DNA of 63,682 nt, counting the filler, from Octopus bimaculoides (lineage: Eukaryota), in the NCBI RefSeq assembly GCF_001194135.2. It is 4 parts of 3 records of this genome, joined end to end, with 100 filler letters (N's around TTAATTAATTAA, not from the genome) between each part and the next. Parts side by side here need not be neighbours in the genome. Positions count along the whole stretch, not along the records: positions 28,421 to 56,337 come from NC_068990.1; positions 56,438 to 61,308 come from NC_068999.1; positions 61,409 to 63,682 come from NW_026350718.1; 1 more part is not named here. The stretch is one strand, 5' to 3'. A model generated the notes under the pieces. It was not told the DNA's origin. It saw only the letters and a list, made by a program, of their open reading frames with translations, and ran no database searches. The first letter of the stretch is position 1; every line of letters starts with the position of its first letter. This document shows, one piece after another, positions 53,387-63,682 of the stretch. Both the position numbers and the translations under genes were made by a program.

Positions 53387-55433
53387 TATATATATTCATA
53401 TGTATATATATATATAATTGCGCGCGCGTATATGTTTGTGAGTGTGTGTGTGCGTATGTGTATGGGGGTACTTATGATAATAATATTCATTTGCAGCAAA
53501 AGCTGCCTCATATTCGTTGGCTTAAATATTTACTAATTTTATCACCTTACAAAGGTATGTGACATCCAACTATTATATGCACTCAGTTACTCCTTCATGC
53601 AGCCATATGAGCATACACAAAATATCCCCGAATTACAAAAGTCTTTTTATTCCTGTTATCTCTAATTAACTGCCCCCCTCATTTTATATCTTGTGCTCTG
53701 ACGTTCAGTATCAACTATTATATAGATCACCTGTTTTCTTTCTATAATTTTATACTGCTATAATTTTGTCCTTACCGATGCGAATAATATACCATCTAAA
53801 CCAGAGGCATATTTTATTTGAATAAATGTCATTATTACATTGTCTCATTTCTAATTGTGCCTGGGAACAATTCATTCAATGGTGAACATATTAACAAGCT
53901 AGACAAACTACACACACATAGGTGCAGTTAGACAATACATATATGTTTGTTTGTGCGTGTGTGTGTGTGCGTGTCTGTGTATGTATTTATGTATACACGC
54001 ATAAGTTTAAACACACATGCACACACGCACCCCTCCATATATATATAAACACAGAAACACATGTGTGCATTCATAGAAATTATATCTGCATCTTTTATTC
54101 TATATATTTACTTCTGTAACTCTTCACGATGCATACGTAATCGAAGATATTCGTTCATTTTTCTCTATTTAATCACAGACGTCTTCCATTCACGCACATC
54201 GAGAGTTACAAAGAGAAGTACACTCCGATTCTACCTGTTTTTCTATTATTTTCTTTTAATATTATTCTATAGTAAATCTCACTCGTTGAAACCGCTTTAA
54301 GGATTCTCATGTTCACATACGTTCACGATAGTACCATTTAACACGTATGTCAATCTTTGTATGTTGGTCTCTTCCTCCCTCTTTTTATTGTCTTTACAAC
54401 TATTTTCATGCTCACACATTTAATAATGATCAATCTTTTGTGGCCTCTGTCGCATTTTCTTTTCTAATTAGAGGGACATATAAACTCATACCAATTCGTC
54501 ATATGCCCTTTCACTCAACTTCTAATTTCTTTCAATATTTTTACCTTCATATTCTATGTCAGTCAAATCACGCCATCAAAAATTCAGAGGTGTTTATATC
54601 GAAGTTAACAATCTTGTGTCCCACTTAATTAAACTTAAGCTCACAAATATACATTAATTCCACCTTCCATATTGTATGACGAACAAAATTGATCGTGCGA
54701 TAAAACGTGACCTTAAATTGGTTCACCGAGACAATAGCTTTTACAGTTCGGTTCAAGCGCAAAAAATCTATATCAAAATGCACCATTTATTGAATTTGAC
54801 TCAACACTTAAAACTAAAAAAATTCTTCATAAAAAAAAGCATATCATGCAATCAAACAGACAGAAGAACAATTTAGGAATCATCTAATATCGAAACGATT
54901 TTTCTATTAAATTAATATTCACAATTATAATGTTGAACGTCTAAAGGTGTTTCTTATATTTTCCATTTTCCATTGTTAGAGACATCTTTCATTTCTCTAT
55001 GTCTTTCAGAAATTTCAGCGGACATATTATAAGAAAGAATTAATTACTTACATAAAAAGATATTGAAAATAATTATAGACACGTTGCTTTATAGAAATAT
55101 GTAGCACACACTGTATTTTAAAAATATTTAATAAAAAGTATGTTTAGTTATCTCTTTTTTTCGTCTTGATTCACAAGAACCAACAATTATATTTCAGTTT
55201 CTATTTCCATTCAAATAATTTTGAATGTCTACCTACCCAAATATATGAATGTGTCTTTATATATGTCAATGAATTATACATGTCTATATTTATCAAGCTT
55301 ATACTTTTTAAATTCCTCCGACTGTATCTCTCTCTTTCTCTCTCTCTCTCTTCTCTGTACACACACATAAATACATAAGCGCAAATATATGTAACATATA
55401 TATTAATATAAATCCTTATGTCTATGTATAGAT

Positions 55434-55468
<35 letters not shown>

Positions 55469-55504
55469 CACACACACACACACACGCACACACACACACA
55501 CACG

Positions 55505-55547
<43 letters not shown>

Positions 55548-55549
55548 TT

Positions 55550-55928
55550 AGACGCGGGAGTGGCTGTGTTATAAGTAGCTAGCTTACCAACCACATGATT
55601 TCGGGTTCAGTCTCAATACGTGGCACCTTGGGCAGGTGTCTTCTAATATAGCCTTCGGCCCACAAAAGCCTTGTGAGTGGATTTGGTAGACGAGTACCGA
55701 AAGAAACCCATTGTATGTGTGTGTATGTTCGTGTGTCTGTGTTTGTATCCCTACCGTCTATTAATAACCGCTCATGGTGTGTTTACGTCCCCGCAAATTA
55801 GCAGTTCGGTAAATGAAAACGATAGAATAAGTACTAGACTTACAATGAATAAGTCCTGGGGTCGCTTTATTCGACTAAAGGCGGTGCTCCAGCATGACTG
55901 AAACAAATAAAATAATAAAACAAAGAAT
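55550..55928 (+). mobile_element. SINE family A copy, full length
   Basis: GGGAGTGGCTGTGTTATAAG head, GGGTTCAGTCTC B-box-like motif, internal (TG)-rich spacer and GGCGGTGCTCCAGCATGACTGAAACAAATAAAA tail. Confidence 0.9.
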
Positions 55929-55949
55929 ATATATATATATCTACATGCA

Positions 55950-55980
<31 letters not shown>

Positions 55981-56995
55981 ATGTGTATTTCTTCTATCTT
56001 AATGAATAAACATTCTTCTGATAGAATAAATGGGTTAATAGAAACCAATGTAGCAAAGAACACAAAATAACTGTGGTTAGCCCCTGTTTTTAAGGCAGGA
56101 ACTCCTTGAAATTTTGGGTATTTGAGTATATTTAAGAATTTAAGGATTGGAGAAAACGTATGTTATAATTGCATACCTTATTCCTACATATGTTTCAAAG
56201 GATTACAACCTGTGTGATCCATAGGGATCTTTGATATTAAAATTGTAACCTTCTCATCAGGGAAAGCATGGGAATCATCTTAAACGTAAGACATTATGAC
56301 CGATTATGAAAACAATAGATGGATAAGGTTATGACTTNNNNNNNNNNNNNNNNNNNNNNNNNNNNNNNNNNNNNNNNNNNNTTAATTAATTAANNNNNNN
56401 NNNNNNNNNNNNNNNNNNNNNNNNNNNNNNNNNNNNNAAGGCATCATCAATATTAGAAATGTTGTGTACGTTGTGGTTGATTATGTTTCGTTATATGTGT
56501 GCAACTGAGGCTTTTTTGTCATTTATCGTTGATCATGTAGAGTTAACTAGGTGTGGTTATAATGACGTGGACTGTTTTGGTATTTGGGATTTAGGTTTCT
56601 CAGATGAAGACATATTAAATCGTGAGGATATTAATTACAATGTTATTAATAATCTATTTGATGTTATTTATTATTTGTTTACTCCACACCACGCACCATC
56701 GAAATGACACGTGTGTATGTGTTGAGATTATTTTTGCACAGAAATTGTATATCGGCATTTTAGCATTAATTAAACATTGGTGGTAGCTACTCTTATAATG
56801 TGTAATTTAAGTTGTGTGTTATGTATTTTACTAAAAATTCGTTCATTTATCTAACATCTTATCAGAGAAATAGCGTAACATTCCATTCCAAACTCTATAG
56901 ACATCATGATTTCCATGCAGCCATACATTTATATACACACACACACGTGCATATAGACATATATGTGTGTGTGTGTATAAACGTATATATCTCTC

Positions 56996-57041
<46 letters not shown>

Positions 57042-57864
57042 TTTGTCGCATATGAAATGTCTATTTTAAATGGTTTTCTTATGAGTCATCTATAAATAGA
57101 TTTTTCATGAGTTTCTATGTATGTGCTTGGGCTTACACTTAACTATTTTCCTTTCTAGACAATACTATTATTGAAAATTGCTACCCACAGCACTTATCAC
57201 AATATTGAAAATTGAACAATTCTTCTGATTTTCTTGTACGAATACAAGTTGGGTCACTCTGCTACCGATGCCCTACGAAACATCAAACAGGAGATAATAT
57301 TTTGTGTAATTGCACTCCCTTTTTTCGGGTGGGGTAGTTATAAATGGTGTGCATTTTTTGCATTTTTTTTTTTGTGAAAACAGTATTTTATTCATTTTTC
57401 CCCATTTAAAAAAAAAGTGCCGTAGTACTAAACAATTATAATAATCGACCAAGACTAGCCTCCTGCTGACTCCGACAAAGGGCAGCATTCTGTTATAATT
57501 CTGAACACAAACGCAGCTGAAGATGAAACACATTTCTCGCGAAAGAGAAATGTAATTTCCTCTTGTTTGCTATGACGTCAGTAACAAGTGCAAAGTACCA
57601 GGGGCAACAACGAGAACAGCAGCAGCACCACCACCATGAACAACAGAATTGCAAACAAGAACAATGATAATTGTGTGGAGAAGAACAACGACGACGACAA
57701 TACCAACAAGAAGAACAACATCAATAATAATAGAAAGAACCACAACAAATCTAATTCTTTTTCCTAAAGCCGTTAGCAATAGGACAATTTTGTCAGTGGA
57801 TGACTTAAAAAATTAGGGCACTGAAGTACAAGTGTGCAATTATAAAACCAGGTGTTATGTGCGG

Positions 57865-59880
57865 ATGAGGAAAAACATCTCTGAAAGACTAACAATTGTT
57901 TATAATTGAGTCTCTCACAGGGACAGGACGCTTAGATTGCCTGCTCCGGCAGAGAGCGAAAATAGCGTTGAAGTTGCGTGGCTCTCAGTGCTACACACAG
58001 AGGAGGAAGTTAAGCAATATGGGATGGTCACTGCTATATGCATCACTGAGCAAGACCGCATATGAGTGGCTACTACAGTTTGCACCTGCCAGGCTTTTCT
58101 AACGATTCCCCATTATATGGGTAAAATATTGACACAAATCGAGTCAACAACGTATAGGTTCACCGTAATCCGGCGAAGGTTTTACCCATTCTGAAGGAGC
58201 ATGGGGAGATTATGGAGGTGAAATCCTCCCCACAACTCAACAGAACTGGAGTTCTTATGAATTCTAAATTCTAGTTCCTCCAGAAGAAATAAATCGCATT
58301 TCTGATGCCATGTTCTGCAGAAGGAAAAAAAGAGGATAAGCGTTTTGTCTGTGGGAAGTGGAAACACTTGAAACCTTTTTGCTCCGCGGTGAAGTAAGCA
58401 CGAAGTTCTCCAACATCACTACTGACACCTTAATTTGGGGTAAAAATCTATTACCTCACACCTGCCTTCTTACTCCAACTCAAGCCTCCCAAAAGCACAG
58501 TACTCATTGACATCGCACCAAAAGAAGTTTGTCGAAGATAAGAGGAATACTGAATATGAACCAAAGGGAGACTGGCCCAAATTAAATCTCTAAGACATGA
58601 CAGCAAAAAAACAAAATCGATCACACCAATTTAAAACAAATTAACACCACCCTCAATATCTTCACCAGTAGACAGCGCATTATTGCAAACACACTCTCAA
58701 CAACAAAATGCACATAAACCGAAAGAATCAGCGGAAAAAAATAATCAGCAGTCACACTCTCGTGTACGTGCTTCCGTCATCAAGTTCGCTGTTGTGCAGA
58801 AGAGCAACACTGGATTGATTCTGGAAGTAGTTAATAACAAATATTACAAGTGGAGAAAGTTTTGCGGAACTCCTCCAGAACCTCAACCGTACAGGATGTT
58901 AAACTAAACAGATACGGATACGTATCTTGTTTTGAAATAGAAATCCACCTAGGACATTAGAGGGTTTAGTACTTACCACCAAAAAGCACCCCAGTAAAAG
59001 ACTTTACCACTACCCTCTCGACCAAAAAGAACACTGTGTCAACTTTCATCCTTGGCGAGCGTGGTAAGTAATTCCATTATCGTTCCTCTAAGTTAAATGG
59101 CTACGTTTAGAATTGGCTGTGTAAATATTCGGGACTTGGGTTCGACTTGGAAGCAGGGTTACCTGCTGAATGATCACAATTCCCTAAATTTATGTGACAG
59201 CAATTATTGAGACAAGAATTGCCGGGGAAACTTACTGTTGCAACTATTTTCGAAAACTCCAAAGTATTATCATCTTAGTCAGTCGGGGGTGGGCTGCAGT
59301 TTAGCTGTGTTATTCCGAAAATACTTAGGTCTGCCGTCCGGTCCTATAGTGACTGTTACCGCGCCGCCATCCTTCAACCGGGCATGCAAAGCAGTTTTTT
59401 TTGGTCCCTGGTTGCTGTGGCGAAAGAGCTTTTCTGGGGGCTGAAGCTGAAAGGAATGATCACAGGAGCATAAGACTTTCCGTAAAGCCCGCATCGACGT
59501 TTTTCAAGTTTCACTTGAAAAGGACAGTGAGAGTGGAGAGGGAGGTGCTGTTCTCGATTGAATTTATGAAAAGCTGGGTGAATGCTGAGAAAATAGCAAG
59601 GGTAGATGGTTGACCTGCGAGTCACAGGAAAGGAGATGGAAAAGGTATTTGTCCATGGTATTCAAGGTGATCCTGAACGGTGGGGTTCCTCGATCATCAT
59701 AATTTCTTCGTTATTACTGTATACTATGTATGCTTCACTTGCTGTTATGTATACTGTGTATACTTCCATCTTTTTATATCATTCCATTATATGTAAGCCC
59801 TAACACGTTATGCCTCTCTTTGTATTGTATCCCTCATACTTCGCCCTGATGGCAAATAAAAATATCATTATTATTATCAT
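57865..59880 (+). mobile_element. Internally deleted Tx1/L1-clade LINE (ORF1 remnant, start of the ORF2 APE domain, ORF2 C-terminus, 3' UTR)
   Basis: ORF1 remnant with the CCHC knuckle (R)FVCGKWKHLKPFC at about 58341-58382. ORF2 ATG at 59097 gives MATFRIGCVNIRDLG...VTAIIETR...LAVLFRKYLGL, fused to APPSFNRACKAVFF...FFKFHLKRTVRVEREVLFSIEFMKSW. The 3' end is GGCAAATAAAAATATCATTATTATT. Confidence 0.8.
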
Positions 59881-60535
59881 TGATTTTGTCGTTGATTTTT
59901 TTTTCGTCTATCGATACGTAATATACATCACTCGCTTGAGATGTTTTCGTTCCTATTCTTTCGTTGTTACACAATATTATATACTAAACATACTTGTTAT
60001 CGTTTTAATGATAAACAAAATATGAACATAGCGATCTTGTTAGATATTTTCATCTATAATGCTTAGGGGTTAAGATGGGAATTCATTAGCAAACACGCCT
60101 TTCAGTTGTTGCTCAAAAGTAAAATGTGGTACCGATAACTTTCATCCATAGAGAAGAAGAGCCAGTTATCAGTAGAACAGGATGGTGATATTGTAAGACT
60201 TAGTGACAGAAGATGCAGTACAAATAACATCAATAACAACATTTGAGAAAACAACGCCAACAAACAAAACACGAGAAAACTATGAGGCTACTGCTAAAAA
60301 TTACAGCAAGAACCACCACCATACGAATAACATCTGCGAACAATGATAACAGTGAGCATTATGAAGGATTGGAAGAACACTGCCAAAAGACCAACTCTAA
60401 CATCGCGAGTACCAGCACAAGCAGTAATGCAAAGGAAACGGCGTAATTTCCTGTTTCTAAACAAAATGGAGACGGGCACTAGCAATCATATAGTCGACTG
60501 CCGAATGTTGGCGTGCCGGAAATAAAGTTGCGAGG

Positions 60536-60581
60536 TCACCTCCACACAAAATTTGAGGCATTGTATCCACAGTAGAATGGG

Positions 60582-60653
<72 letters not shown>

Positions 60654-61105
60654 TTACTATTATCAGTTAATTTTAATTTGTATGTTTCTTACAATCACAC
60701 GCCGAGACAGATCCAGCAGATCAATGCACGATAGGAAATATTTTCCAGTGAACAATAATATTGTCTTTTCTCCAGTCGATGTTGAGGCTTCATCTCATTC
60801 TTTTTAGGTCAATAAAGTAAACAGCATGCCAGTAGTGTGATGGATGTGATCGTCGATGCTCCAACCTTAGAATTCCAGGCCCTGCGTCATTAGTAAAAAC
60901 ACATAACGATCGTTTCTGCTAAAGGCACAAAGTCGGAAATTTCGCGGGAGTGGCAAAGTCAACTGTTTCAAATGGTACTTATTTTCTTCATGTCAACTGG
61001 GATGAAAGGCAAAATCAACCTCGGTAGAATTTGAGCTCAGAACAAGAGGACGGACGAAATGACAATGAGAATGTTGTCCGGAGTACTGATGATTCAGACA
61101 GCTCG

Positions 61106-61106
<1 letters not shown>
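60536..61106. mobile_element. SINE family B cluster: + tail fragment (60536-60655), + fragment (about 60775-60890) and - copy (60912-61106)
   Basis: AAAATTTGAGGCATTGTATCC...AGAATGGG(ATA)n, and GGATGAAAGGCAAAATCAACCTCGGTAGAATTTGAGCTCAG. Confidence 0.6.
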
Positions 61107-61157
<51 letters not shown>

Positions 61158-61166
61158 ATAAAACTA

Positions 61167-61203
<37 letters not shown>

Positions 61204-61308
61204 GCAGGACTTACAAATATATATAACATACAGAAAATTGCACTACTGGGTACTGCACACATTCTACGCAAAACACTTTCAATACAGTAAACATAAGAGC
61301 ACCACAAC
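61107..61308 (+). mobile_element. Young R4/Dong-type LINE 3'-end fragments embedded in (TAA)n
   Basis: ATACAGAAAATTGCACTACTGGGTACTGCACACATTCTACGCAAAACACTTTCAATACAGTAA encodes IQKIALLGTAHILRKTLSIQ*. An 18-nt terminal piece AAATAAAACTACTGAATA also sits within the TAA tract. Confidence 0.75.
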
Positions 61309-61699
61309 NNNNNNNNNNNNNNNNNNNNNNNNNNNNNNNNNNNNNNNNNNNNTTAATTAATTAANNNNNNNNNNNNNNNNNNNNNNNNNNNNNNNNNNNN
61401 NNNNNNNNCCTTAAGTAACAAAACACTTTGATAAACTTAGTGGCGACTACAAACTTCAGACCACGACAGAGAGGATGCTCTTGAAGCCGAGAATTTGAAC
61501 TTACGGAGACAATATTTACATATCGCCTGAGGAAACACAGCTAGATCTCAGAATGCAGAGAAACGGTTGCGTAATCAAGAAGCTTCACGCCTGGAGGACT
61601 ACGTTGTGTACAAACAATTGTAGTGATTGAAAGTAAATGTCCGCCATGATTGATCGCTAAATCCAGAAGTTTTTATATTCTTTCTCTGTTTATTTCTTC

Positions 61700-61832
61700 A
61701 TAATCCTTTCTGTTGAAAAGCCGAGGTTCGAAACGTAAAAGACTTTCTCACTTTCCCGAGCGTGAAACTAATACACCCGCTTAGTGTTCACACACCTGTC
61801 TTCGTGTTTTGTTTTTCTGTAAATTTCAGCTA
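61700..61832 (+). mobile_element. Short PLE-LTR-like repeat with a degenerate hammerhead core, ending in (TA)n
   Basis: CTTT-CTGTTGA-AAAGCCGAGGTTC-GAAAC-GT-A-AAAG, followed by CACACCTGTCTTCGTGTTTTGTTTTTCTGTAAATTTC and (TA)n. Confidence 0.45.
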
Positions 61833-62088
61833 TATATATATATATATGTACATACTCACAACACACACATGAATATTTGAAAGTATGAGTATAGACGGCT
61901 CTTTTGAGTGAGTTCAAGTAGACATTTTCAGGCTACTTGAAAGCTTGAAACTCATATCAGAGTAACTCACTGTAAACACTATTATCAAGATTAGAATAAA
62001 AATTATCCCCTCAGAAAAAGCTATCTCTACTCATTCTTTCAAATATATATAATACTGCCCCAAGAACTTTCTCTTTATTATTCTACTA

Positions 62089-62166
<78 letters not shown>

Positions 62167-62294
62167 GAATATGTGGAGTTTAGTTCACTGGTGTTCTAAA
62201 CGAATATGTACAGTGAGTAAGTGCTGTAATTAGTCATTCGCTAGGTTCCAAGTTCACAGCTGAGGCTTGAACTAGGGAACCAGGTATATATTAG

Positions 62295-62660
62295 AGGAAA
62301 AGGACACCAAAAAAAACAAGGCTGGACGAGCATCTCAAGTCATTTATAATAATAATTAGAGTAAGGTCAATTTTAATTCTTACAGCTGTTTCTGGGATAT
62401 CCCAAGTGACAGGCTAGCATGTCCTTACACTGGGTATTCCGCCATCAAGGTGAGTATTATGAAAGTTCTAGACAGGGAAATTCACAGATTATAAGGAATA
62501 AAATAAAATAAAGATTAAAAGTAGTCAGAAAAAGGAGGAAGGTATTTATATCTATTAATTAAACAGATGAAATCTAAGTTAGGCGTGGTCAATGGTCAGT
62601 AGGGATAACTAAAAATAGAAACACAGCTGAAGTGGGTATATATAGGATAAAACTACAATT
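62295..62660 (-). mobile_element. Paralog of the 28466 hammerhead-bearing repeat, decayed core
   Basis: The minus strand has ATTTCCCTGTCTAGAACTTTCATAAT...TTGATGG...GGGATATCCCAGAAACAGCTGTAAGA...AGCCTTGTTTTTTTTGGTGTCC, which aligns with 28440-28572. Confidence 0.55.
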
Positions 62661-63407
62661 AAATAGATAAAGGATACAAATTTAAGAATTAAGATTTAAA
62701 ATTTAAAAGTTAAATTAAAGATTAAAGATTAAAAATATAAAATTTAAAAGTTAAGGAATTAAAGCTAGCTAGATTCTAAGGTACTTATGTTGATAGAGAA
62801 GAAAAGGAAAAGAAAAATGTACGTATATTGTAACGCCCGTGGATGCATATAGTCAAGTATTATGTGTGTTGATTTTGCTTGCATTTGGACCTATGGAAGA
62901 ATTTAGAGGTGAGAAAGGACTTATGCTTACATGTAGAAAATGATGCGTGTTGTTTATTGAGTAATTGCAGTGAATTATGAATTAATATTTGATGGGTTTC
63001 TTTCAGACAGAATCCACATGTAGAGCGCTGGCCTTGGTATGGAGTACCAAAATCTATTATGGCTCAAGATATCCTATATAGTACTTTCTTATTTATCAGA
63101 TGGTGTATGTGGCTGGCTAGGGACGTGGATTTTCAATGCTCTTTATATTCAAATGAGTTTAGGTGCGCAGAATATTTCTGTTTGAAATAATAGAAGACTC
63201 GATGTAGTAGCTTGTAGAATTATGTAATACGTTCTGAGCAATACATTTGTATACTACGTTAAACTTTCTGCAGTGGGCTTGCAGCAGGCATTCTGTCCCG
63301 GATCGGCAGTTGCAACTATCTGTCCTGAACGGGTTAGTAGTGGAGAGGGAAAATGCTGTACTATTTATGGACAAGTTAGTTTTGGGTGGGTGTTAGGGAA
63401 TTGGTTT

Positions 63408-63561
63408 GTATTATTATTATTATTCTTGTTCAGTAGTTTTATTTTTATAACGTGCTTTCACTTCACTACCGAGCGCAGCTCTGTGCGCCTTGGGTATGTG
63501 CTGTGGTTTGCTGTGGTGCTCTTATGTTTACTGTATTGAAAGTGTTTTGCGTAGAATGTGT

Positions 63562-63617
<56 letters not shown>

Positions 63618-63682
63618 GTTCAGTAGTTTTATTTTTATAACGTGCTTTCACTTCACTACCGAGCGCAGCTCTGTGCGCCTTG
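63408..63682 (-). mobile_element. Two stacked 5'-truncated copies of the young R4/Dong-type LINE 3' end, each ending in (AAT)n
   Basis: 63428-63492 and 63618-63682 are identical over 65 bp. About 51 bp near 63512-63562 is the exact reverse complement of about 61256-61306. Confidence 0.8.

Noticed and set aside
55550-55630. tRNA gene or CRISPR-like repeats
   Set aside because: The tRNA-like A/B boxes belong to SINE heads and do not form a full cloverleaf. There are no regularly spaced repeat-spacer arrays, and the DNA is eukaryotic.
56459-56707. 82-aa ORF (…GIWDLGFSDEDILNRED…)
   Set aside because: It has no recognisable family, directly follows an assembly gap, and lacks convincing splice context.
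57517-57570. CTGAAGA-T-G...C-GAAA with a possible long stem III
   Set aside because: Stem II is not paired and stem I needs a 4-nt bulge. There is no paralog or repeat context to support it.
61440-61625. Possible Ty3/Gypsy pol C-terminus (…NQEASRLEDYVVYK)
   Set aside because: It is a single short motif next to a gap, with no LTR, PBS or integrase core visible.

Overview
AT-rich eukaryotic scaffold with many N gaps and dense (TA)n/(CA)n/(GA)n/(TAA)n microsatellites. The repeat families look like those of an octopus genome (my recognition, not a database result). No host protein-coding gene can be supported. Most ORFs in the track are microsatellite or repeat translations, and only a few weak candidate exons remain. 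The window is dominated by mobile DNA: three tRNA-headed SINE families (about 20 copies or fragments), two Tx1/L1-clade LINE relics, R4/Dong-type restriction-like-endonuclease LINE pieces including young 3' ends stacked in (TAA)n, a DD41D Tc1/mariner, an Hsmar1-like mariner with intact TIRs, and a Penelope-like RT fragment. The most notable hidden signal is five hammerhead-ribozyme-like loci from apparently several short Penelope/retrozyme-like families (near 28466, 43446, 53094, 61706 and 62378). The one at 28466-28517 has an intact core, a perfect 6-bp stem I and a palindromic stem III. Other highlights are a chimeric two-SINE unit inside a single 14-bp direct repeat, and a SINE 3' tail that matches the Tx1 LINE 3' end. 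All alignments were done by eye and repeat boundaries are approximate.
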